Position numbers and translations under genes: made by a program. Below the pieces are notes generated by a model that saw only the letters and a program-made list of their open reading frames with translations, was not told the DNA's origin and did not search any database. Below, in pieces: positions 8,260 to 20,022 of a DNA stretch of 23,339 nt (its first letter is position 1; each line of letters begins with the position of its first letter). This DNA comes from Archangium sp. (GTDB taxonomy: Bacteria; Myxococcota; Myxococcia; Myxococcales; Myxococcaceae), in NCBI GenBank assembly GCA_031367385.1, contig JANLPS010000393.1:1-23339 (forward strand), in the 5' to 3' direction.

Positions 8260-8883
8260 GTGGGCTACACGACCTTGCGGGTCTCGGCGCTTGGGGTGGT
8301 GCTGTTCGAAGAGCACGCAGCCCGCTTGGGCCCCGCGCTCCTGCCGGCGTTCGAGCGTTTCGCTGCGACGGCGACCGAGGGCGTGTACTCGCTGCGTGCG
8401 AATGGCGAAAAGCTCGAGGTCGAGCGCCGCACCGGGAGTCGCCTTCAGGAGCCGTTTCGGCTGACCACCGCGGTGTCGCCGATGCTGGAGTCGCCCGGCC
8501 CTTTTCCAAAACCAGCTCCGCCTTCGGCCTACGATTCGGTGCGAACGCCGAAGACGGTGACCTTGCTGACCGACGCGGCCGGGGTCGAAATTTACGAGTG
8601 CGACCTCGCGGGCGTGATGGCGTGGGACGGGACGTCGCTGGTGATGGTGCCAGAGGATCGACCCAGGGTGCTCTCAGTGGCGGAGGCCTTCGTGGCACGC
8701 CGATTTTCTCACCGGCGCGCGCCAATTCGCACGGATGGGCATTGGGGGTTGTTGCTGATCAATGCGGTCGCGATGGTGGCGCCTCCGTCGGGCGGCCGAC
8801 GACCGTTTTCACGTCAGTTCTTGGGCCAGCTCAGCAAAGCCATCGAAGCCACCGCCCGACACGGAGCGCACCCGGCTCGTTAG
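8260..8883 (+). CDS. pabC: Class IV PLP enzyme, likely a divergent aminodeoxychorismate lyase
   Basis: GTG directly after the pabB stop; YTTLRV, EEHAARL (HxxRL), candidate PLP Lys in FPKP, LLTDAAGVEIYE, LLINAV; only 207 aa. Confidence 0.6.
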   Translation: MGYTTLRVSALGVVLFEEHAARLGPALLPAFERFAATATEGVYSLRANGEKLEVERRTGSRLQEPFRLTTAVSPMLESPGPFPKPAPPSAYDSVRTPKTVTLLTDAAGVEIYECDLAGVMAWDGTSLVMVPEDRPRVLSVAEAFVARRFSHRRAPIRTDGHWGLLLINAVAMVAPPSGGRRPFSRQFLGQLSKAIEATARHGAHPAR

Positions 8884-8892
8884 AATGCATTC

Positions 8893-9147
8893 GTGCTCCG
8901 CGATCGCCCGACACTGCAGTTTCTCGCCATCGCTTTCGCCATTTGGCACGCCTGTTTGTGCCACGGCACCGTCGACGCGGCGGCGAGCCTGAGCACGCTC
9001 TGCGTCGCGTCTGACCACCTCTGAGGCAGGGGCATTCTCGGGCTCCCCGGCTTCGTTTTGCTTGCAGCAAGCTGCGTCGCGATTGCTTTGTTCAGCGCCG
9101 GCCGGCACAAACGCGCAGCGATATCAACGCGTTGCCGTTTTCTTTGA
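8893..9147 (+). pseudogene. Possible small two-TM membrane protein gene interrupted by an in-frame TGA
   Basis: TAGAAT at 8881-8886, then GTG at 8893; frame reads VLRDRPTLQFLAIAFAIWHACLC...DHL* (TGA 9022-9024) GRGILGLPGFVLLAASCVAIALFSAGR...FL*. Confidence 0.3.
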
Positions 9148-9208
9148 AATAATTGCGCAATCTCCCAGCTGCGGCGTCTAGCGGGGTAACCCCAGGCCAG
9201 GGCCCTTC

Positions 9209-12001
9209 ATGCGCACCGCATTTCTCCGACTCTCGCTGATCACCGCCGTCGCCGCATCGGCGTGCCTCGACCTGAACCCCACCCAGTACGTCTTCGACGC
9301 GGGCGCCGTCGATGCTGGCCCCCCGGTAGAGGGGTGCTCGCGCGAGTGCGACACCCCACCTGCGCGCCGGTGCCTCGACGCGTCGACGCTCGAGTCCTTC
9401 CCCTCCGTCGGGCAATGCACTGCTGTGGGGTGCGGCTACAAGGCAGTGCGAACCCCGTGCGCGAACGGCTGCACCGCGAACGGCTGCGTGAACGAAGCCT
9501 GCGCGGGTGTGTTCTGCGATTCGCCTCCCGCACCAAGCTGTGACGACGCGTCGCACCTGCGCGTCTTCGCCACCGGGGCCTGCGGCACCAACGGCTCGTG
9601 CGCCTACAGCTCCACCCGCGCCACCTGCGCGAAGGGCTGCGCCGATGGTCATTGCATCGGTGATACCTGCGTCGGCGCGGTGTGCGACCAACCACCGGCC
9701 GCGCGATGTCTGACCGCGAGCACGCTGCAGACCTATGAATCGACCGGCACCTGCGTCGCGGGGTCGTGCGGGTACTCGGGGTCGACCGTGCCCTGCGCCA
9801 ATGGCTGCGACGCCGGCGTCTGTCTCGACGATGCCTGCGCCGGCATTCAATGCAATCAACCGCCCGCGCCCAGCTGCGTGAACGAGACCACCCGCCGCGT
9901 CGCGACCTCGGTCGGCCGCTGCACGGCGGGGAGCTGCGCGTACCCCACCACCGATTTCAGCTGCGGCAGTCACGAAGTCTGCCGACAAGGCGCGTGCATG
10001 GTGCCGTCGTCCACGTGCACTCCGAGCACGTGCGTGCAGGGCTGCTGTGATCAAGACACCTGCGTTGGCTTCGCTGATCAGAGCACGCGTCGTTGCGGGG
10101 CGAACGCCCTCACCTGCGGCGGCTGTGGCACCGGCTTCGACTGCGTGAACGGCGCCTGCGTCGACATCAACGAGTGCGCGAATGGCAATGGCGGCTGCGA
10201 TTCGAACGCGATGTGCGTGAACACCAACCCTGGCCGCACCTGCTCCTGCGGGAGCGGCTACGTCGGCGACGGCTTGAGCTGCACCGACGTCAATGAGTGC
10301 GCCACCAACAACGGCGGCTGCGATGCCCACGCCACGTGCGTCAACATCACCGGAGGCCGAACCTGCACCTGCAACAGCGGCTACTCGGGTGACGGCCTCA
10401 GCTGCAGCGCCGGCGAAAAGTGCGGCGGCGCGCAATGCAACCAGCCCCCCATCGACACCTGCGCGAACGACACCACCCGTCGCGTCTGGTCGAAGAACGG
10501 CACCTGCCAGAGCGGCACATGCTCGTACGGCAGCAGCGACGTCGCCTGCGTCGCGAGCGAAGTGTGCCGGCAAGGCGTGTGCGTGCTGCCCTCCGCCGCC
10601 TGCACCTCGAGCACCTGCGCGAATGGCTGCTGCGACAACGGCGTGTGCATCTCGTTCGCTGATCAGACCAAGGCCCGCTGCGGTGCCGGCGCGCTCACCT
10701 GCGGCGGCTGCACCACCGGGTTCGATTGCGTGAGCGGTGTCTGTCTCGACATCAACGAATGCGCCACGAGCAACGGAGGCTGCAGCAGCGACGCGACCTG
10801 CACCAACACCAGCGGCGGGCGAACCTGCGTGTGCAAGAGCGGGTACTCGGGCGATGGCCTGGTGTGCAACGACGTGAACGAATGCGCGAGCAGCAACGGT
10901 GGGTGCAGCAGCAACGCCACCTGCACCAACACGGCGGGCGGCCGCACCTGCCAATGCAAGAGCGGGTACGCCGGAGACGGCTTGAGCTGCTTCGACATCG
11001 ACGAGTGCGCGAGCGGTAACGGCGGGTGCAGTACCAACGCGACCTGCGCCAACACCACCGGCAGCCGTACCTGCACGTGCAAGAGCGGCTACTCCGGCGA
11101 CGGCGTCACCTGCAGCGACATCGACGAGTGCGCGAGCGGCAACGGTGGCTGCAGCACCAACGCGAACTGCACCAACACTGCTGGAGGCCGCACGTGTGCT
11201 TGCAAGAGTGGCTACTCGGGCGATGGCCTCACCTGCACCGACATCAATGAGTGTGCGAGCGGCAACGGCGGGTGCAGCACCGACGCGACCTGTGGCAACA
11301 CCTCCGGTGGCCGAACGTGCACTTGCAAAAGCGGCTACACCGGCGACGGCGTCACCTGCACCGATATCGACGAATGCGCGAGCAACAACGGCGGCTGCAG
11401 CGCCCACGCCACCTGCACCAACACGACCGGGAGTCGAAGCTGCGCGTGCAACACCGGGTACTCCGGCGACGGCGTCAATTGTACGTTCAGCAGTTGCCCG
11501 AGCGACATGGCCGCGACCTCTTCGGTCACCTGCGTCGATCGCTACGAGGCCTCTCAAGGCTCGAACGGCAAGGCGATGTCTGTGGCGGGCGCGATGCCCT
11601 GGGTCTCGGTCAGTGCCGATGGCGCGAAGGCGGCGTGTGTCGCGGCGGGCAAGCACCTCTGCGCCGAGAGTGAATGGCAGGCCGCCTGCGGCGGAGCGGC
11701 GGCGAGCCTCTACCCGTATGGCAACAGCTACAATGCAGCCGCCTGCAACGGCCTCGACAAGAACCTCGGCGCCATCGTGCCCACCGCGCAGGTCAGCACC
11801 TGCTTGGGCGGCTACACGGGTGTGTACGACATGAGCGGCAACGCCTACGAGCGCACGGCCACCTGCGGCAATGGCACCTGCCGGGTGCGCGGAGGCTCGT
11901 ACCGCAGCAGCTCCGCTGCGGGCTTGCTCAAGTGCACCACGGGCTTTGACTTTCCCGAAGCGTCACCCGACGACGCGGTTGGCTTTCGGTGCTGCCTGTA
12001 G
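9209..12001 (+). CDS. Cys-rich surface lipoprotein with 8 Ca-binding EGF-like repeats and a C-terminal FGE-sulfatase (SUMF1/CLec-fold) domain
   Basis: Lipobox AASAC (Cys19); D-I/V-N/D-E-C...C-x-C-x-x-GY-x-GDG repeats; C-terminal DRYEAS, GKHLCAESEW, YPYGN, GVYDMSGNAYE, RGGSY, GFRCC. Confidence 0.9.
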   Translation: MRTAFLRLSLITAVAASACLDLNPTQYVFDAGAVDAGPPVEGCSRECDTPPARRCLDASTLESFPSVGQCTAVGCGYKAVRTPCANGCTANGCVNEACAGVFCDSPPAPSCDDASHLRVFATGACGTNGSCAYSSTRATCAKGCADGHCIGDTCVGAVCDQPPAARCLTASTLQTYESTGTCVAGSCGYSGSTVPCANGCDAGVCLDDACAGIQCNQPPAPSCVNETTRRVATSVGRCTAGSCAYPTTDFSCGSHEVCRQGACMVPSSTCTPSTCVQGCCDQDTCVGFADQSTRRCGANALTCGGCGTGFDCVNGACVDINECANGNGGCDSNAMCVNTNPGRTCSCGSGYVGDGLSCTDVNECATNNGGCDAHATCVNITGGRTCTCNSGYSGDGLSCSAGEKCGGAQCNQPPIDTCANDTTRRVWSKNGTCQSGTCSYGSSDVACVASEVCRQGVCVLPSAACTSSTCANGCCDNGVCISFADQTKARCGAGALTCGGCTTGFDCVSGVCLDINECATSNGGCSSDATCTNTSGGRTCVCKSGYSGDGLVCNDVNECASSNGGCSSNATCTNTAGGRTCQCKSGYAGDGLSCFDIDECASGNGGCSTNATCANTTGSRTCTCKSGYSGDGVTCSDIDECASGNGGCSTNANCTNTAGGRTCACKSGYSGDGLTCTDINECASGNGGCSTDATCGNTSGGRTCTCKSGYTGDGVTCTDIDECASNNGGCSAHATCTNTTGSRSCACNTGYSGDGVNCTFSSCPSDMAATSSVTCVDRYEASQGSNGKAMSVAGAMPWVSVSADGAKAACVAAGKHLCAESEWQAACGGAAASLYPYGNSYNAAACNGLDKNLGAIVPTAQVSTCLGGYTGVYDMSGNAYERTATCGNGTCRVRGGSYRSSSAAGLLKCTTGFDFPEASPDDAVGFRCCL
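9347..10018 (+). repeat. Four tandem 168-bp (56-aa) Cys-rich repeats
   Basis: C-D/N-x-P-P-A-x-x-C units start at 9347, 9515, 9683 and 9851; a fifth copy starts at 10436. Confidence 0.85.
9848..10995 (+). repeat. 585-bp (195-aa) internal module duplication
   Basis: QCNQPP at 9848 and 10433; DINEC at 10163 and 10748; both offsets are 585 bp. Confidence 0.85.
10748..11485 (+). repeat. Six tandem 123-bp (41-aa) cbEGF repeats
   Basis: Asp codons at 10748, 10871, 10994, 11117, 11240 and 11363; two more units at 10163 and 10286. Confidence 0.92.
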
Positions 12002-12009
12002 GGAGGAGG

Positions 12010-12037
12010 CACAGTCCGACGGTCGGCGAGAACTGTG
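12010..12037. other. Imperfect hairpin between the EGF gene and gltB
   Basis: CACAGT-CCGA-cgg-TCGG-cgaga-ACTGTG; no U-tract. Confidence 0.4.
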
Positions 12038-12073
12038 GTTGCCCGTAACGCACTGCATTAGGGTGCGAGAACA

Positions 12074-16615
<4,542 letters not shown>

Positions 16616-16618
16616 GCC

Positions 16619-18007
16619 ATGGGCAAACCAACCGGGTTCATCGAGTGGCCGCGGGAGCTCCCGCCCAAGCGCGACAAGGCTTCGCGGGTCGCTGACTTCA
16701 AAGAGTTCATTCTGCCGCTGGGGCGCGAGCAGGCCAAGCACCAGGCCGGCCGCTGTATGGACTGTGGCGTACCGACCTGTCACGCCGGCTGCCCGCTGGG
16801 CAACGTGATCCCCGACTTCAATGATCATGTGTTTCACGGGCGGTGGCGCGCGGCCTATGCGGCGCTGGCGCGTACCAACCATTTTCCCGAGTTCACGGGG
16901 CGGTTGTGCCCGGCCCCGTGTGAGGCGGCGTGCGTGTTGGCCATCGACGGCGCGGCGGTCACCATCGAGCAGCTCGAGAAAGAAATCATCGAGCGGGCGT
17001 TCGCTGAAGGCTGGGTGACTCCGATGGCCCCGATGGCTGCGACCGGTAAGCGCGTGGCGGTGGTCGGCTCCGGGCCAGCGGGCTTGGCCGCGGCGGCAGA
17101 GCTCAATCGGCTCGGGCATCAGGTCACCGTGCTCGAGAAGGCCGAGCGCCTCGGCGGGCTGCTGCGCTACGGCATACCCGACTTCAAGATGGAGAAGTCG
17201 GTCATCGACCGGCGCCTCGCGGTACTGCAGGCAGAGGGCGTCGAATTTCAGACCGGGGTCGAGGTCGGCACTGCGCAGGCCTGGCAGGCACTTCGCGGTG
17301 ATCATGACGCGGTGCTGGTGGCAATCGGCGCTCGGCGGCCACGCGCACTGACCGTGCCGGGGGCTGAGCTGTCGGGCGTGCTTCAGGCGATGACGTTTCT
17401 CGAAGACGCCAACCGCCACGGTGCGCTCTCGGTCGAGGGCAAGCGGGTCGTGATTCTGGGTGGCGGCGATACCGGTTCTGACTGTCTGGGCACTTCGCTT
17501 CGGCAACAGGCGAAGTCGGTGCTTCAGGTCGAGCTGCTGCCCGCGCCTCCCAATCAGAGGGCGAGCGCGAACCCCTGGCCTGAGTGGCCAGTTGTCTTTC
17601 GCACCTCGTCGAGCCAAGAAGAGGGAGGCGCGCGCCAGTTCGGGCTGATGACCACCCGACTCGAAGGCGTCGACGGGCGCTTGGTGGCGCTTCACACCGT
17701 CGAGGTCGACTCGCAGCTGCGTGAAGTGCCTGGCACCGCGGCGCGCCTCGAGGTCGACGTGCTGCTGCTCGCGATGGGTTTCGTCGGGCCTGAAGCCCAG
17801 CCGCTGGTCGAGGCGTTCGGCGTCGAGCTCGATGTTCGGGGCAACCTCAAGGCCGACCGTCGCTTCGCGACCTCGGTACCGGGGTTGTACTGCGCGGGTG
17901 ATGCGATGCGCGGCGCGAGCTTGATCGTCTGGGCGATCGCCGACGGTCGCGATGCGGGGAGGGCCATCGACCTGGCTCTGCGCAGGGCCTCGAACCCGAA
18001 CGGCTGA
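16619..18007 (+). CDS. gltD: Glutamate synthase small subunit
   Basis: MGKPTGF start, RCMDCGVPTCHAGCP, FTGRLCPAPCEAAC, GSGPAGLAAA, GGGDTGSDC, AGDAMRGASLIVWAIADGR. Confidence 0.97.
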   Translation: MGKPTGFIEWPRELPPKRDKASRVADFKEFILPLGREQAKHQAGRCMDCGVPTCHAGCPLGNVIPDFNDHVFHGRWRAAYAALARTNHFPEFTGRLCPAPCEAACVLAIDGAAVTIEQLEKEIIERAFAEGWVTPMAPMAATGKRVAVVGSGPAGLAAAAELNRLGHQVTVLEKAERLGGLLRYGIPDFKMEKSVIDRRLAVLQAEGVEFQTGVEVGTAQAWQALRGDHDAVLVAIGARRPRALTVPGAELSGVLQAMTFLEDANRHGALSVEGKRVVILGGGDTGSDCLGTSLRQQAKSVLQVELLPAPPNQRASANPWPEWPVVFRTSSSQEEGGARQFGLMTTRLEGVDGRLVALHTVEVDSQLREVPGTAARLEVDVLLLAMGFVGPEAQPLVEAFGVELDVRGNLKADRRFATSVPGLYCAGDAMRGASLIVWAIADGRDAGRAIDLALRRASNPNG

Positions 18008-18153
18008 CCCCACGGCCTTGCCAAAGGTGTTCGACTTCGTCGCCTGGGCGAGGCCGAACCCCGAGCGCAAAAATCGGCCGGTGATCGCGGCTGTCCCAAC
18101 GATGCGACAGGTTTTGAACGTGCAGGTTCAACAATCGTCCCAACATTGCGACA
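17948..18153 (+). repeat. Direct repeat, left copy (block A 17948-18016 overlapping the gltD 3' end; block B 18089-18153)
   Basis: Block A core 17974-18016 is 42/43 identical to 19818-19860 (61/69 when extended to 17948/19792); block B is 58/65 identical to 19868-19932. Confidence 0.9.
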
Positions 18154-18197
18154 TTGGGGCGGTGCTGGTCGACTCGTTCGAGTTTACTCTCTCCAAC

Positions 18198-18630
18198 ATG
18201 CGCTACGGGTTCGAAGCGGGTGACGCAGCGCTGCGCGCGATGGTTCGGGCACATTCTCTTGGTCCTCGAGGGCTGGCCCGGGATGCGCGCGGCATGGTCG
18301 GCTCAATCGTGGTCTCGATGTTTCTCTTCGCCGGCCCCGGTCGCCCGATGGCCCTCGACCTGGCTGGCGCCATGCTTGACGAGAGGTGCATCGGCGGCGA
18401 AGAAAGCTGACCGCCGTCAAGTGGCGTTCGCCTCGCAGGTCGCCCAATACCGGGCTGACCGACCGAGTGGGTCATCTGTGTATCGCTACGCCGCGCTGAA
18501 AGACTCCATCGCTGACTTCATCAGCTTGGGGCGGGCGCGTTATGACGAGAAGCACTCAAAGAGCGTTCTCGGTGAGGTTGACAAGCCCGAGGCGTGCGGC
18601 TGCGGGCCCGCAGCGCCCATCGTCGAGTGA
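18198..18630 (+). pseudogene. Degraded, frameshifted ORF, possibly a SAM-methyltransferase remnant
   Basis: TACTCT then ATG at 18198; frame closes at 18410; other frames give QVAFASQVAQY, GLTDRV and LKDSIADFIS...SVLGEV; FAGPGRPMALDLA is loosely like motif I. Confidence 0.3.
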
Positions 18631-18636
18631 AGGTGA

Positions 18637-19683
18637 CTAGGCCTGCGCCGCAAGGGGCTTCTGTAACAAACACACTTTGTAGGTGTCGGTGCCGTCGACC
18701 ATGTTGTCGTAGAGCTTGGTACCCGGGTTTCGGCTGAAGTTCTTGAGGGCGATCTCGGCAAGTGCCCTGCGCTTGCTGCCGAGCACGGGAATCTTGAAAC
18801 CGTGAAAAGTGTCGACGATTTGGTCGACGTAGGCATCGATGCGGCGCTTGTCTTCATCTCGCGCCTTCACGGCCTCTTTCGTGACGTCGCAGATTTCAAT
18901 CTTGTTGAACCCGAGGTTCGCTAGCAAATCGAAGCACGGCTGCCACGTCGACTCGGGGATGGCGTTGCCCCAGACCAAAAAACCACCCGGCTTGAGCATT
19001 CGGTGCGCGGTCTTGAAGAAGCGCACGTCTTCGTCGGTGGTCTTGCCCGGCATCTCGGTGACATGGGTTTCGTTGATCGCGATGAAGTCGGCCGAGTGAT
19101 CGGCGATCTTCAACTCGCTCGCATCGCCGCAGGTGGCGACCAAACGACCGCCGAGCTCAGGCACGAACTTGCGCTTGCACGAGTTGATGCCGGCTTGCTG
19201 CATGTCGACCGCTTCGTAGGTGCAGTTCGGCAAGACCTTCGAGCAGATCAAATGTGCGCCAGCCCCGGTGCCGCAGCCCATCTCGATGATGTGCACTTTG
19301 CCGTCGCGCGCCTTGATGTACTCCTGGGCGAGGTCGAAGTGGTACAAGCCCGCGTAGGCGTTCTTGCCCATCAGTTGCGGGTCGGTCGGGAGATTCGGGC
19401 CCGCGCCCCACGCTGCCGGCCAGGTGTAGCCCCAGGTATTGAAGGTGAACTCGTAGAGCTCGCCCTCATCGTGCGCTCGTACGTGACCCATCGAGCGGTA
19501 CATCGAATAGAGCAACGAGTAGATCGACGTCTTGTCGTAGTCGTCTTCAGACACGTCGCCGTTGCTCAGGTCGACCTTCTGTTTCCCTTCGACCAAGCTT
19601 GCCATGACCCAGGCACCAACGATGAGCTGCAACTGCGTCTTCGAGTAATCCGACTTGTTGCTCAACGCGGTAAACAGATCCAT
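18637..19683 (-). CDS. Class I SAM-dependent methyltransferase (resembles the lipid O-methyltransferase Rv2952/Fmt type)
   Basis: 348 aa from ATG 19683 (GAGG upstream); FNTWGY, LYH, IIEMGCGTGAG, YEAVDMQQAGINSCKRK, GDASEL, RMLKPGG. Confidence 0.85.
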   Translation of the reverse strand: MDLFTALSNKSDYSKTQLQLIVGAWVMASLVEGKQKVDLSNGDVSEDDYDKTSIYSLLYSMYRSMGHVRAHDEGELYEFTFNTWGYTWPAAWGAGPNLPTDPQLMGKNAYAGLYHFDLAQEYIKARDGKVHIIEMGCGTGAGAHLICSKVLPNCTYEAVDMQQAGINSCKRKFVPELGGRLVATCGDASELKIADHSADFIAINETHVTEMPGKTTDEDVRFFKTAHRMLKPGGFLVWGNAIPESTWQPCFDLLANLGFNKIEICDVTKEAVKARDEDKRRIDAYVDQIVDTFHGFKIPVLGSKRRALAEIALKNFSRNPGTKLYDNMVDGTDTYKVCLLQKPLAAQA

Positions 19684-19732
19684 CTTGAAATGCCTCGCAG
19701 GGTAAAGGGGTCGACTCTCTCGCAGCTTCTCT

Positions 19733-19772
19733 GACAAAGACCAAGAAGAACAAAGCGGGGAGCCGAGGCGAG
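19733..19772 (+). repeat. 40-bp dispersed intergenic repeat, copy 2
   Basis: 33/40 identical to the reverse complement of 64-103. Confidence 0.75.
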
Positions 19773-19791
19773 TACCGGCGGCGTGGCAAGC

Positions 19792-19932
19792 CGCGGTGCG
19801 AGGCGGGGCATCGCCGCGGCTCTGCGCAGGGCCTCGAACCCGCACGGCTGACCCCACGGCACCCCGTGGCTGTCCCAACGATGCGACAGGGCTGGAACGT
19901 GCAGGTTCACAAATCGTCGCAACATTGGGACA
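19792..19932 (+). repeat. Direct repeat, right copy (block A 19792-19860; block B 19868-19932)
   Basis: Matches 17948-18016 and 18089-18153; translates RGARRGIAAALRRASNPHG* versus gltD RDAGRAIDLALRRASNPNG*. Confidence 0.9.
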
Positions 19933-19936
19933 GTCG

Positions 19937-19972
19937 GCCCGCGACGACGGGCGTGAGCCCTTCGGGGTTCAC
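19937..19972 (+). other. Two adjacent hairpins, the second with a C(UUCG)G tetraloop
   Basis: GCCCG-cgacga-CGGGC (19937-19952) and GTGAGCCC-TTCG-GGGTTCAC (19953-19972). Confidence 0.6.
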
Positions 19973-20022
19973 CCTCAAAGTCGCATACCGACCGCTGCGC
20001 TCCTGCTAGAGACGCCCCCATC

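Noticed and set aside
10748..11485. 123-bp periodic repeats as a CRISPR array
   Set aside because: In-frame coding repeats with synonymous variation; no repeat-spacer alternation and no cas genes.
9092..11656. 854-aa minus-strand ORF
   Set aside because: Antisense shadow of the repetitive EGF gene; Ala/Gly/Val-rich with no motifs, as expected from high-GC codon bias.
17974..18016. Block A as a tRNA fragment (minus strand GGGTTCGAGGCCC resembles a T-arm)
   Set aside because: T-stem is imperfect, no cloverleaf or CCA end can be built, and the sequence is in frame with the gltD C-terminus.
18089..18153. Block B as an integron attC site
   Set aside because: Ends do not fit RYYYAAC...GTTRRRY and no integron integrase is in the window.
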